A stretch of DNA of 64,000 nt from the human T2T-CHM13v2.0 reference genome, Homo sapiens: NCBI RefSeq assembly GCF_009914755.1, contig NC_060931.1; one strand, given 5' to 3'. Under the pieces are notes generated by a model. That model saw nothing but the letters and a program-made list of their open reading frames with translations, was not told the origin of the DNA and searched no databases. Positions 46,395 through 63,646 of this stretch are shown one piece after another. The position numbers were made by a program, and so were the translations under genes. Within the stretch, counting starts at the first letter, position 1; every line of letters begins with the position of its first letter.

Positions 46395-47241
46395 GAAACC
46401 TAATACCATAGCTACATAGAGAGCATAGTATTAGCGTTTGCCCTGACTGAGGTGTAGTTATACAGATGTCATACTATGGCACCAGAATGAAAGATGTTGA
46501 TGAAAAAGTGTCAATAATAAGTAAGCCCTATCATGATAAGCTTATTCCTAGTTTATTATTATTCTATAGAAGAAAAAAGTGAATGTTAAACTCCATTTAC
46601 ATCATGCCAAACTGACTTATTTCATAGTATGCATTTTCCATAGCTCCCATTTGTATATGCATACATTTGGTGTTCTGATTTTTTTAATAACACTTTTATT
46701 TGTACATTTCTATTTCTTCATATAGTTTGCTAACTTGTATTTTACTAAGTAGTCCTGTTGCTTGCTGTATTGCAATTGACTTCATCAGTTTTCTACTCTT
46801 GCCATTGGAGTTGTTTCTAAATTAGTTTTTAGTATTTACTGTATAAAGTTTTTAGTACTTAAAGGGTTTAGTATTTAATGTGTTGCTAAAATAATCTCCA
46901 TAAATTTGGGGGGTGAAATCACTATTTTAAAGGGCATGGAAAAATTAGAATAGTGCTTATTATGTAATTGCTTGATGGTTTTCCAGAAAATGATTATAAT
47001 GTACCCAGCAAATTATGAATGCAGTGGTTCCAAAACTTGAGTTTTTCTTTCCTTAAAAAAACTTTTTTTGTTTATCTTTTGTCAGCAGGTGAATAATTAA
47101 AGTTATTTAATATTGTTTTTTAGTCTTACATGTTTGACTAGGAACAACAGAAGTTGCTGAAAAAGCTTTCCTACAGTAGTCAATTTTGAGAAAGAATGTA
47201 AAGTTGAAGAGGCATTGCCTGGAAATAAATAAGTAAGACTA

Positions 47242-47797
<556 letters not shown>

Positions 47798-47890
47798 TTA
47801 TTGGGAGGTTCCTGTGCACCATGGGGAAGAGGCCTTCTTACTATCCCTCAAAGTGGACAGAAAAGGATCCCAGTTAGAAAATGATTAAAT

Positions 47891-48210
<320 letters not shown>

Positions 48211-48346
48211 TTAGCCTTAGTGTGTACTTTCAGTAATGAATTCTAACTCTACATTCAAAAATACCTTCTTCTTGCACAGTTAATTATTGTGGCAAACATG
48301 AAAAATGAAATATTAATATAACATCTTGTTCTCTTTCTCTTGCCAG

Positions 48347-48428
48347 AAGGCGGATTTTTCCCACAACCAAATTTCTGAAATTTGTGATTTGTCAGCGTAT
48401 CATGCTCTCACTAAACTAATTTTGGATG
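48347..48428 (+). CDS. LRGUK: LRGUK exon 5 (KADFSHNQISEICDLSAYHALTKLILD)
   Basis: Acceptor ctctttctcttgccag|AAG; donor GATG|gtatccttt (U12-type); 82 nt, phase 0-1. Confidence 0.92.
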
Positions 48429-48752
48429 GTATCCTTTGAATAAGTAAAGGGGAAAATTTTAAAAACAATATAAAAATTAAAGACTACATATTCAAGAATT
48501 GTATTAGATTACATGGACTAGTACCAGATAAGCAATTTAATAGAGACGTGACTTATTTAAATGACTAGGAATTGGTATTCACAAAATGAGGATAAATATT
48601 TTATTTACCAAGAAATGAAACTGTGAGTCAAAGCTTGTCAAGAGTATCTTACCCTTGAAAAGCCAAGTAAGATAGTCATTTTTCCGATAAATGTAGGCTT
48701 ATTCTTATTCTAGAACCAGAGAAGAAGTTCTGTTGTAATTAACTCCTTTCTC

Positions 48753-49037
48753 AGTCGGGTGCGTTGGCTCACACCTGTAATCCTAGCACTTTGGGAGGCC
48801 AAGGCAGGTGGATCACCTGAGGTCGGAGTTCAAGACCAGCCTGGCCAACATGGCGGAAACCCTGCCTCTACTAAAAATACAAAAATTAGCCAGATGTGAT
48901 GGGATGTGCCTGTAATCCCAGACTGAGGCACGAGAATTGCTTGAACCAGGGAAGTGGAGGTTGTAGTGAGCCAAGATTGTGCCACTGCACTCCAGCCTGG
49001 GTAACAGAGTGAGACTCTGTCTCAAAAAAAAAAAAAA
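48753..49037 (+). mobile_element. AluS with a short internal deletion
   Basis: TSD AATTAACTCCTTTCT; junction atcccagactgagg lacks the ctactcgggag segment. Confidence 0.9.
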
Positions 49038-49954
49038 TTAACTCCTTTCTTCAAATTTGCTGAAACTTGTGTCCTATTTTATATAAATTCAGTATTTGAA
49101 AATCTAGATATGGTCATAAGGAAAATTAGTGATTCTTTATTTTGCAAAAGAGTTCATGATAAGTTCTTTTTAAATAGTAAGCTTTTCTAGTGTATTTTAA
49201 ATATGCTTTCTTTTTTAAAAAAAAAAAAAAAAACAACTTTTGATTTGATTTGCAACATAGCTATTTCATGAGCCAGGCTCCCATGCAAGCAGAGCACCTC
49301 CTTTAAAGACAGCGAGCTCCAACTTCTAGAGCCTAAGGGGCTAATTGGAGATCTGTGAGTTTAATGAGCTTGAGTCTCTTCTTCACACCAGAGACTGATG
49401 TTTTCTGGGTAGCAGGGGAGCCAGTACCTTCTTTTTCTCAGTAAGTATCTTTCTAGTCACCTGAGGATTTTGGGAGACAGAATGGAGAATGAATTGATTG
49501 CCTTGGGTGCCTCATTCAGGGATGTGACAGCAGCTAGTACACACTGCATTTGTGATAAGGCTGATACGAGGGACAACAGAGGGTACGTTTTCTTGAAGAT
49601 GTATCTTGTAAAAGAAAAAAATCCTTTATTTATATATGATGGAAAGCTTGGAACATAGCACCACTCCCTTTAGAACTTGTGTGTGAAAATGAGCAATTAG
49701 TGGACATTTAGATGGTGCTTAAATGAGCAAGTTTTCCTGATTATAGCCTAACAGAGAAATCAGAAAGTGACCAATATAACATGTTTTGTTGACAAACTAA
49801 AAGCATACACATTAGCAGCATATCTCTGTAGAACCTTCACTTCATGCTTGACTATCATGTATTTTGAGTTTGCAAAGAAATAGCTGGACAGTCCAGAAGC
49901 TATCTGGCTCAGACATCCATTTATCTCAGGCTGTGTAGAGTGCTACACAGGAAG

Positions 49955-50095
49955 ACCACAGCAGCAGCATCACCTGGAACTTCATAGAAATGCAGATTCT
50001 TGGGCTCCATTGCAGACCTAAGAAATCAGAATCTGCATTTTAATAAGACCCCCCCAAAGCAATTTGAGTGCACATTAAAGCTTAAGAAACACTGG
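49955..50095. mobile_element. MER5-family MITE
   Basis: cagcagcatcacctggaac...agaaatgcagattcttgggc...aatcagaatctgcattttaataaga. Confidence 0.75.
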
Positions 50096-50103
50096 TTGGT
50101 CTA

Positions 50104-50631
<528 letters not shown>

Positions 50632-51349
50632 CTAGAAGTCAGCAGCCCCTAAACTCTTGCTAGCCAGAAAGAATTCAGCAATTAGGGTTCCCTGAATGCT
50701 GATGATGCCATGGCAGTCTGGAGTTTGTTATGGAGATCTCTTGTCCCCCAGAAAAACATTCTATGTTTTGGCATGAAATTGCCAAGGAAAACAACTCCAC
50801 AGTATTTTGGACTCAAAACACAGTTGAAAACATTTCTATCAAGAGAGTCTTAATTTCTATATACATTTAGCTTTCCATGTAAAAACTAAAGTATCATGAC
50901 TTTGTAAATGTCAGATATAATGAAAAAAGGAATTAGGGTTTTTTTTTTCTTGACATTAGATGTAGCAATTGAGTCATCACTAAAGTATAAAAAGCTGTAA
51001 TTATTACATCAAAACCAATAGAAGTTTGGAACATGGGTATATAATTAGAGTGTAACATGGCACCATTTCTCACCTGTGTTTTAAAAAATTCAAAAACAAT
51101 CATTCATCAACTATTAATGAAATAAACTTCTTAGATCTCTTGCAGTTTTGAAAAGATAGTAGGCTAGTTTTGAAACAGCATGAAATATACTTCTTTCTCT
51201 CCTGTTCTGTTTAAGCATATCATATTGTGCATGATACAGGTGGTGAAGTTTTACAAGCTTTTCTGGACAACAGAAAGCAAAAATATATCTAGATTATAAA
51301 TTAATCTCTTGAGGAGAAGAAAAGCCACAAGGTTAGAGTGTTTTTGAAA

Positions 51350-53200
51350 ATATTAAAACAGTTTGATTAAAAAGAGAATTTTAAAACAACTTTTATGCCA
51401 GTACAGTTGAAAACTTGGATGAAATACAAAAATTCCTAGAAAAATATTACACATCAGTTTGGAAATAGAAACCCTGAGTAGTCCTATAACTATAAAATTA
51501 ATTTACTATAAATTAAAATAAGCTAAATTAAAAAATTAAAAATCTTTCTACCAAAAAAGCCTAGACCCCAAATTTTCAAAACAGACCTTCCAATAGTGAA
51601 CAAATTCTTTCAAACACTCAAAACAGAAGGCATATTCACAATTCATTTTAATTAGGTTACTTTGATATCTAAGCCAGCCAAGGAGCACTAAGATAAAGGA
51701 AAACAACAGGCTTGTCTCACTCATGATGTAGCTGTAAAAGTCCTAAACAAAATATTAGCAACAGAATCTGACAGTGTATTAAAAAGACCATGTATTACCA
51801 CCAAATTGGGTTTTTCTCAGGAATGTATGGAGAGTTTAATATTAGAAAATCTATAAACATAATTAACTACATTAATAGATTAAAGGGAGTAAACCTTGTG
51901 ATCCAGAGATATAGAAACTCAACAGATATAGACAATTTAATAAAATCCAGCTCTCATTCACAATGAAAACTCTCAGTAAACTAGTAATAGGGAATTTCCA
52001 CAAATTCATAGAGGATGTCTACAAAAATATTTGAAACACACTTTATCCTAATTGGGTACATGTTCTAAGCTTTCTCCTTTAAAATTGGGAATAAGTTAGG
52101 ATGTCTGCCATTGCCACTTCAACCCATCATTATTTTGGAGGTCTTAGCCAACACCATAAAACAAGAGAAAGAAATTAAAGGTGTAAAGGTTAGTAAGGAG
52201 AACATAAAAGTCATTCTTTGCAAATGACATGTTTATCTATAGAGAATATTAAAAATTTGCTATAAAGTACTATAAATAATAGTTTTGAGAGTTCAACATG
52301 ACCAGATACGACTTCAATAAATGGAAATCTGTTGCATTTCTGTATGCCAGAAACAAGCAATTAGAAAACAACTTTAAAAAGAAACACCATTTATAAAAAC
52401 AGCAAAAACAAATTTTATTAAAGATGAATAAGACTTGTGGGGATAGGGGGACTAACAAAACTCTATTTAAGGGTGTTGAAGACCTAACTAAAGAGAAATA
52501 TATCCCATGTCCCTGGATAAGAAGATGGGCAAAATAAAAGATGAGAAAAAGAATTTTATGGAAAATAAATCAGAGAAGGCAAATAAACATACGAAGAGAT
52601 ACCAGCCTCATTTGTATTCCAAGAAATGCAACTTAAGACCACATGAGATATTGTATTATATCCATTCAATTGACAAAATTTAAGAAATCTAAACATACCA
52701 AGTGTTGGAGAACTTGTAGATCCAGAAGATCTTTTTACCTTGTTTGTGGGTATGAAATTAGTTCAACCACCGTGGAAAACAATTTTATATTGTCATATAA
52801 AGTTGAGCATCCAAGTTCACCATGACCTAGTACTTTTATTCCTATATGTGGAAAGTTTAGTATATGTGTACCTGGAGCCTTGTATAAGAATGTTCATAGC
52901 AGTATTGCTTGTACTAGTAAAAAATTGAAACAGCCCAAACACACATTCATAAGAGAAAGCATAAGTTATGGTATAGTCACACAATAGCATATCATACAGT
53001 AGAGAAAATGAATGGAATATATCTACATGCATGTAAATATAATTTAGGCATAAAACTAAGGGAGGAAGGGAAGAAGAGACAACTGAGCATAGTTACTGTC
53101 TCTGGGAAGGAGACACAGGGTAGATTTAAGTTGTTAATTTTCTGCTGATTGGGCTGTGGGGGCACTAGTTTCAAGCATGCTCATTATATTTTTAAAAATA
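51350..53200 (+). mobile_element. Highly decayed old L1M (ORF2 and 3' remnants)
   Basis: cctaaacaaaatattagcaa; aaatctgttgcatttctgtatgcca; gtataagaatgttcatagcagtatt. Confidence 0.75.
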
Positions 53201-56089
53201 AATAAAATCAGTCAAGCATAGGTCAATGGTGAATCAAGTATTAAACTTAACCCAGCTCTATGTAAAAATTTAAAAACCTGAAAATTATAAATTAATTTCT
53301 TTGAAAATAATTATTTAAAATTAAAAAAATCAGTTGAGCTAGTAATACTGACAGTGTAATTGTAGTAGATTATATCTAATATCTCAGAATGAATTGTTAA
53401 CTATAAGATACCAATTTTTTTATTTTGTTATGCTATTTTGTCTTTCCATATGTGGATAATTGATGATTAATTGATAATTATCCTAAATTGCAATACAATA
53501 AGCTTTGCCAAGTTTATGTAAATATACTTATTCTTAAGAAAGAGTACAGTTTATTCTTTACCTGTAAACATTGACTAGTTGTTTTTTAGAATTTATTTTA
53601 TGATGATAGAATAATGGAATTGAAAAATTCATAGAAATTTAATTCCAGACAGAATTTTAGAGACCATCTAGTGCTAATCACTATTTTATTTTGTGGAAGA
53701 GGAACCTGAGACTCCAGAAGGGTCAACAACTTGCCCCAGATTATTTGGTAAATGGTTAAACTGAGACTTCTGAATTCCACTGTTTTTCCCATGTTGCAAT
53801 TCATTGAGTAATTACAACTTTTGTCACAGAGGCATTTAAACTATGCGTGTTTCTTTTCTTGGAGAGATTTTCTCCTATAGTGAAGAGCATTTTTCACTGG
53901 TAAGGTGATATAGATCTTTCAGGATTGGTTTTGATTAAAGCCATCATTGCAGCTCTCTCCACTAAGAGAACTGTGGTGGATTTCCTACTATTTCTCAGTA
54001 ACTGTTTGCTATACACTTGAACCATATTTTATGATTGTAGACAAACGAATAAGAGCAAATACTGAACTAGTGAATAATTCATGTCAAGCATTGTGAACTA
54101 CTGTCAGCATCGTCAAAATGTAAAAATATGTTGTTGGGCTTTACCCCAGTTGTAAAGTTATGCTTAAGTGCCACAGGGTTCCTTCATTCAGTTTCCCCAA
54201 GGATCTACAATTTCACTTTAAAAGATTTATTCACAGAATCATAAAAGTTTAGAGCTGGAATGCGGTATGATGATTTTGAGTTCTTTTGAGTTTCTTTCTC
54301 CTGATACTGGTCTTTTAAAATTAAAATATACGTAAGAGGATTAACCCAGTAAGCTAATTCATTGTAATGTGTAGTGATTTATCAGATTATGTTTCTTCTT
54401 ATCAGGAAGTCCCGAGACCTGTGAAAGAACACGAATAATGTTAGGAGGAAGGGCAAGTAACATTTTGTGAAGGTCCTTAAGAGAATGAGAGATTGGGGAG
54501 ATAAAGATATTGAAGACCATCTATGAACTCAAAGCTCTCTATGGCCCAGGCTTGCATATTGACTGTTGGCAGTGCCACCAGGCCCACATGAGGTGACTGT
54601 GGGAGCAAGTAGAGGAAAAAGCTGTTGTATCACTGTAGAAAGTTCTCTTTACTCAGGAGCCTGATTAATTTAGAGTGTCTGAAATTCCTTGATATTTGAA
54701 GGAGAGTGAAAAGCTGAGAAACAGGAGGAAATAATTTTTCTGGAATGAGCATATTTCTCAACAGAGATGTTCAGGCAACTCCTGCTCCTTTGCCCTAGTG
54801 GTGTTAGTAACCGCAATGGTACCTGCAGAAACCATAGGTATGATTGCAGTGAGCATCTGAATTCCTCCTCCTTTCTGTCCTTGCAGTGCTGATTTCAGAA
54901 CACGTGACTAGCTGTGGGATTCCAAGCTAGAGAGTAAGCTGGATGTGCCAAGGGAACTGTGGTTAGCCTCTAATGTCTTAGAAAATTACTGTAGACACAA
55001 TAAACAAGCTTTCCTTTTTGATTCCTGATATCTCTTGATAATTTCAGGATTCCTGTTTTCTAGTTTTCTGATCCTTGCCTGCTTCCCATGAGAATACTTC
55101 CTGAGGCAGATACCCACAAGCAGTGGTTTTATTCTGCCATGATTCAGAGTATCTTCATCTTGGTTGGGGTAGAGCTACCAGGACACTTTAGTACTCCTAA
55201 AATAGGACTTAAACATGATTTCTGTCTCTGCTAAACTGAGACAGATGGCCATTCGAAGTTTTCCTTGCATAGTTTTTGTTGCCAAAGATTGCCTGCTCCA
55301 AGGGTATTTTATTTCTTCCATACCTGAGTGAGATAGTTTAATCTCCTATTTCTTATGTTTCATATTCATATTTTGTTACAATCCGTATCTACAAAGATCT
55401 GGTCTTTGTTCTAGTTCCAGAACAATTATTTAAGCAGCCCAAAGAAAGTAGAACCAGAAAGGATAGTATTAGTGAGCATAAACATCTGTTTGTAGGGCTA
55501 TTCTGGCAGGAAGCTTTATGAAAACAGATTTGAAAATGCATATTGACCACAAACAGAGCTATACTTCAGTCTAAGGATTGAAACTGAAACCATTGAGGAA
55601 AACCCAAGAATTTCTGGTACATTTTACATTTTTGTCTAGTTTCCTTATTTACCTCTTTCTCTGGCGTAGGTATTTTCAGGCTTAATCCCAGCCTTGAATT
55701 TTCCATTTCTGTGCTATTGACCAAGAGGTAGAGGACGTGCTTCCTTGGCCTCATGTAATATAATTTGGTAATGGTATCAATGCTTTATAATTGTGAGGTG
55801 ATTTATGGTTTGTTGCTCATTCATACCCATTTTCTAATTTTTTTCCCATGACCTAACTTTTGGCCTTAATGGCCACCTGATATTATCCCCACTTTAAATG
55901 AAAAATCTACTAAGTAGTAAAGTTGGGATAATTACAAATAATTATGGAGGCAAAATGTTTTTGTGATATTTATGACTTCTTCCTTCTTGCTTAAAAAAAT
56001 TATTTGCTTCTCTGATTAACGGAAGGAGATAGCTGGAGATTAGAAGATGACCAGGAGAGGCTTTGAGGAAGAAATGGTTTGTCTAGAAT

Positions 56090-56490
56090 ACATACTAAGA
56101 AATGGAATGGCTGTGACATATTTACAGTTATGATAGACATTGCAAAATTGCCTCTAAAGTGGCTATATCATAATGAACTCTCTCAGTAGTATAAAAGTAT
56201 CTGTTATTCAAAACCTTTTACTTTAAAGTGTTTGCCAAGCTGATGGGTAAAGAATGGCAGTTTATCTTAATTTGCATTCTCCTGACTACAGGTGAGACAG
56301 AACGTCTTTTCATGTGTTTATTAGCCACTTAGATTCACTCTTTCGGAAATTGCCTGGGCATATTCGTTGTCCGTTTTTTATTAGGTTGTTTTTTTTTCTA
56401 TTGATTTATTGTCATTTTTAATGTATTCTAGGTAGAATCTTTTGTCTGCTAGTATATATTGTGAATATGGTCTCCTAGCCTATCATTTTC
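56090..56490 (-). mobile_element. Old L1M fragment
   Basis: ttaatttgcattctcctgactac...ttttcatgtgtttattagcca. Confidence 0.65.
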
Positions 56491-57598
56491 ACTTATTTGT
56501 GTATTTAAAAAGTAATAGTAAGAAAATAAGTGTTATATGTCAAAAAGAAATACTTAAGATATTGATTTAATGTGAGTGTTAAAAAAATAAGAAAAAAGTG
56601 GGATTTGGAGTTATCTTGAAGAATGGGTATGGTTTAGAAAGGAGCAAGAAAAAGAAAGTTCTTGGTACATTCCAGAACTATTGTGAAATTGACCTGGCAG
56701 AAATAGGGAATTCTCATTGGATGATGATGTGGATGAAACTGGATAAATAAGTTTTGTTTATAGTGAAGGGCCTTAGATGGCAGAGTGAGGAATCTGGAAT
56801 TCTATGAGAATTTTTTAATTGAAACATGATATTCAATCAATATTTAAAAAAAATTAATCTGCCTACAGTGTGTAGAGTGACTTTAGGGCAGAAAGTAATG
56901 GATATTTGTGTAACTATTGATGTTAAAGGTGAGTTAAGTTGGCAGAGGAATGAATAAAAAGGAAAGAAATCATTAAAGAGATATTTTAAGGCAAAAAAAT
57001 GGCAGGTCTTGGTGATTGGATGCCTCACAGATTATGAGTGGCTGAGAAATGGAGATGTCATGGGTTACTTGAGAGGAAAAACTGAGCTTTGATGGGGAAA
57101 TGACATTAAATCCTGGAAATTGGTCAAAGAGATTGAGAACAGAGAGAGCTGAACAGAATTATGACTTTGAAATTGTAGTGTTAGGTGACTACAAGATGGA
57201 ACACAGAAGGTAAGCTAAAATTTTCACAATAAATGGAATTTAACGGATGAAGAAAGTAAGGCAGAGTTTAAGCCTCATTGATTTTATGATTGAATGATTT
57301 TATGACCTCATTGATTGAATGGAGGTCAATGTAGACGGAAAGAAAGGGCTGTTCCTTTCTCTAACAGGGTATTGGTCTTTGGACCACCCATTTGCTGCAG
57401 ATGACATCTCCCAGGCTCTTAGCCCAGTTATGAGGATGATAATGCATGGTGCATGTTGCCCCTGCAGGGTGATCTGGTAGTCAGAAGTTCTGCCTGTGGG
57501 AACACACATGAGTTTCTCATGGAGACTTAACTGATCGAGGGAAAACACACTGCCAATGAGGCAGCTATGAGCCACGGTGATTTTTCTTTCCGTACTGA

Positions 57599-57930
<332 letters not shown>

Positions 57931-58142
57931 ACTATGCCTTTTTAAAATAAAAATTGTATAAAATATGACATGTTCTGTATGAAAAAATATATTTCAGGAT
58001 TAATACTCATCCTATATTGGGCATATAATCGTTCTTTATTTAAGCTGTGGTCTGCTTTGTCTAGTGATGATTTAACACTGATTCTTTTTTTCTTCCAAAT
58101 GCTTTTAATAACATTTTCCTTAAACGTAGTCATGGTGTATAG

Positions 58143-58267
58143 GCAATGAGATAGAAGAAATCAGTGGACTAGAGATGTGCAACAACCTAATTCACCTTAG
58201 TTTGGCCAACAATAAGATCACGACAATTAATGGCTTAAACAAGTTACCAATCAAAATACTTTGTCTG
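58143..58267 (+). CDS. LRGUK: LRGUK exon 6 (GNEIEEISGLEMCNNLIHLSLANNKITTINGLNKLPIKILCL)
   Basis: Acceptor tatag|GC with a U12-like branch site and no pyrimidine tract; donor CTG|gtgagt; 125 nt, phase 1-0; SDS22-type LRRs. Confidence 0.92.
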
Positions 58268-59163
58268 GTGAGTCTAACAAAATGCTGTTCTTTATAGAAG
58301 TAGTAGTTAATGCTTTTAGTAACTACATGAATTATGACTACTTAGGATTCAAATATATAAAGAGAAAATTCCTTCATGAAATGTTATTGTCTTCAGTTTT
58401 GTTTGCTCCTTTCTTTACCATTTGTGTGTGTGTGTGGTTGTGAGAGAGAGAGAGAAAGAAAGCAATATTTCATGCTAAAGTAAAATGATTTGCTAATTTG
58501 TTATCCAAATTCAGTATTTTAAATGATCAGCTTTTTTATACTGGGAAAGAAAGGTATACTTTTAGTATGTATTTAAAAATATTTTTTATAGTATCTTATT
58601 GGTGAAAATAACATTTAAGGATACTTAAGCATAATATTTATTGCTGTTAACACTTTAACTGCTTTCAAATGAACCACAAGATGTTTTCTGGGCACTGAAT
58701 TTTGACAGTCCTTTTATTTTAACATGTGTTAGTCAGTCTTCCACTATAGAAAATCAAAAATAGTGCTAAGAATAAATGAACAATTCCAATCAGAAAGTTT
58801 AAATTTGATTATTTTTCCCACAGAGAGCACTCTTTCGAAGCTGTGTGACCTGCTGTGTGACTATGACTCAATTTACAGAAATTCAGCAGGATTCTAATAG
58901 TCCCAAAGATATACACAGTATTTTTGAAATAACAGGATAGCTCCCTAACTTGGGGGTCTACAGTATTGTCTGTGAAATATCCAGGATTCTTTATTCTCCT
59001 TTCTCCTACTTCTTACCCTCTTGGATGGTTTTGCTGTTCTTCATTACATCTATCATGGGGTCAGCAGGCGGGATTTCAAGCCATGAGGCTTGTAGCTTGT
59101 AAATTTCTTACAAGAACTATCCCACAGGGGGTTGTTGAAACTGTTGCTTGAAATGACATCTTG

Positions 59164-59466
59164 GGCCATGCACTGCAACTCATGCCTGTAATCGCAGCAC
59201 TTTGGGAGGCTGAGGTGGGAGGATCACTTGAGTCCAGGAGTTCGAGACCAGCCTGGGCAAATAGCCAGACACTGTCTCTACAAAAAATAAAAAATTTGCT
59301 GGGCATGGTGGCACAAGCCTGTAGTCCCAGCTACTTAGGAGGGCTGAAGTGGGAGAATCACTTGAGCCCAGGAGGTCAAGGCTGCAGTGAGTCACGATCA
59401 TGTCACTGCACTGCAGCCTGGGCAACAGAGTAAGACCCTGCCTCAAAAAAAAAAAAAAAAAGGAAA
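59164..59466 (+). mobile_element. AluJ
   Basis: 14-bp TSD GAAATGACATCTTG (59150-59163, 59467-59480). Confidence 0.9.
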
Positions 59467-59615
59467 GAAATGACATCTTGGATTATCTGCTGATTTTTGA
59501 CATATACAATATACTATTTCTGTCTTATTTAACCATAGATCACTGAAGATTGGCTATGTGTTAGTTTTTCTTTCCCTTAGCTTAGAGCTCGAAGTGCTTT
59601 CTTAAAACTCTTCCA

Positions 59616-59952
<337 letters not shown>

Positions 59953-61202
59953 TTAGGTCAGGATAAAGTATTGGCATCCCAGTACTGAGGATGAACCTGA
60001 GGGTTTGATAATTTTCCTGATCTTTCATGTTTTCCGCCCATGAAGGCATGTGAGCAAAACATAAATGAAAATGCATTCAATAAATTAGATTGAAAATGTT
60101 TAAGTTAGAAAAGAAAGTCAACTTTTAAAATTTACGACAATCTGAAGGATTTTTAGCAGCATGTGTGCTTCATTTTGTGGTCTGTTAGAATCTTGTTCTT
60201 TTCTTTACATGTCTTCTCTGTATTGATGTTCCCATTCATTTAAAGTGGAGCATGGTAAACAGACAAAGATATAGGGGTGTGCTTAAGGGAATGAGAATGA
60301 ACTCATTATTAAGAATTATAATACGTAGCATTTTCATCCTAAGAGTGTGTTTCAATTACAAAATAAATAATCCATGTTGATAGTTCTGTCTCAAGTAGCT
60401 TTTAGAAAAAGGATAGAATACTTCTATTTTCTTAGATTTGGTGGATTGTTCCCAATCTCTGCCCTCATCACCCAAGATCAACTAGAATACACAGAATATA
60501 CTGTCATTCATTTTTCTTAATTTTTTGATAATAGAAAGGTTTTCTTTTCCAAAGTTTAATAAAATCTATAAAATTTGTTTCAATAGTTTTTAATGCTTTT
60601 ATTTTTAATTCATGGAATCAAGAAACCAGTAGCTTTAGTTACTATTGAAAATAATTTACATTACAATTTAGAGAAAGAAGAACAATTCACCATATGAACC
60701 AACTGTTAATTCTCGAATGTCAACTTTTATGATAAATATAAGGGGAAAATGTGGTTCACTAATGGGCTGTTCTGTCATCCAGCTTCTTAGCAAGTAATGA
60801 CAATGCATTCCAAACTTTAAAATTCATTTCGTCACAGTAAATGCTGCTTGTTTTTTTCTTCCAAAATTGGTTGGTTGAGAATGTTTCTAATTTCATTTAT
60901 TCAAGAAAGTGGCTTTATTCTAAAAGTCTTTTCCCAACTAATCATTATGAAACAAGCAGGAAGAAGCTTGTTTGTTTCAGAAGCTGGATGTCCACTTTTA
61001 GGAGAGATACATTGGTTTTTCAGCATTGGATGAAGAGTTTAACTAGATAGCTTTCAATTCAGAAATTCTGTGATTCTAAATTTTTTTTCAGTTGTGGTTT
61101 CTTTTATGACATGACAGTAGGCTATCTAATTAAACTTGTCTATGCCTCACTATTCTCATGTCATCTACCACTTTGAAAGCCATTAGAGATACTGTCGGAA
61201 GC

Positions 61203-61325
61203 ATTACAGTCTATCTACCACACCTAAGGGACTTCAAAATTCTGTGGGAAGAAGTGTATTAAGAAGAATTACAGTCTATCTACCACATCTAAAGCATTTC
61301 AGAGTTCTTTAGAAAGAAATATATT
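61203..61325 (+). repeat. Diverged tandem duplication, period 65 bp
   Basis: ATTACAGTCTATCTACCACA at 61203 and 61268, with further partial identity downstream. Confidence 0.85.
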
Positions 61326-61737
61326 GTATATAAATTTGATATGTGGGGATATTTTGAATAGGCTATTGGGGTCTTATTGCAGTATGTTAAATTAATATGG
61401 ATATGACATTAAGTTTGGTGTAGTTTTTTTTCTTTCCCTTTTCTATTATGCTTTATATAACTTTTTTGAACTCTGGACAGAAGGAAATTTGACTTTACTT
61501 TGGCAAATGGATTATGGGTATTTTTTTCTATTTATTATGATATTTTTCAAACATATATAAAAATAAGAAGAATACTATGATAAACCCTTGTGTGCTATCA
61601 CTTAGCTTTGTAGATTATCGGCATTCTATTAACATGTTTTTAAAAGCCATATAATTATATTAATGAACACAAATCTTGCTCATTATTGAAATGAAATTTT
61701 ATTTTAAAAATAGGAAGAAAATGAGCTCTTGCTATGA

Positions 61738-62083
<346 letters not shown>

Positions 62084-62214
62084 AAGAATAATTGTTATTC
62101 TTATTTGTTGTTATGGGTATATGGAGATTGAGGAAGAAGACAACATTTCAGTCTTAAATCTTCGTTTTATTCTGATTATTGAGGAAGATGCTTTTGTGTG
62201 AATTATTGAAAAAC

Positions 62215-63035
<821 letters not shown>

Positions 63036-63502
63036 CACCCTCACCACATGAGTGATTACATTTAGGGTGTTTCTGAAAACAAAATGTATGTGGGGATTAT
63101 AATAGTCAAGTGGCTTCTTGTGATGATGATGAAAGAGTTACATTAAATTTATGTTTCTAGTGATATATCTGGAGTTATGCTGTCATTACACTTCAGGTGT
63201 GCAATGTTAAAACCTTATATTACCTGCCTTTTTCTTTCTTACTGATTTGAATACTCATCTTGCTTTAACTTTAATGAAAATATTATATTCTGAATTTTCC
63301 ACCTGGAAAACTGGAACTTCTTTCTGGGGTATGTGTAGGTGTTTAGAGAGGTGAATGATGGAAATGGGATGGAGGGAAGGACAAGAATGCCTTCTTGATT
63401 TTTTTTAGAGAGATTTGGGTCAGTATCCCAAATGAAAACTTGCCATTACAACTTTTCCTTGAGAGGTCTTTGAGACATTAAATATATTTTTTTCTGTTTT
63501 AG

Positions 63503-63646
63503 AGCAATAACCAGATTGAGATGATCACAGGTTTGGAGGATCTGAAAGCCCTGCAGAACCTGGATCTGTCCCACAATCAGATAAGCAGCCTCCAAGGCTT
63601 AGAGAATCATGACCTCCTGGAAGTGATCAACCTGGAGGATAATAAG
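63503..63646 (+). CDS. LRGUK: LRGUK exon 7 (SNNQIEMITGLEDLKALQNLDLSHNQISSLQGLENHDLLEVINLEDNK); gene continues beyond window
   Basis: Acceptor tttctgttttag|AGC; donor AAG|gtagtg; 144 nt, phase 0-0; two further SDS22-type LRRs. Confidence 0.92.

Noticed and set aside
58126-58129. Upstream AG (gtag) as the exon 6 acceptor
   Set aside because: Too close to the branch site and adds 13 nt, breaking the LRR reading frame.
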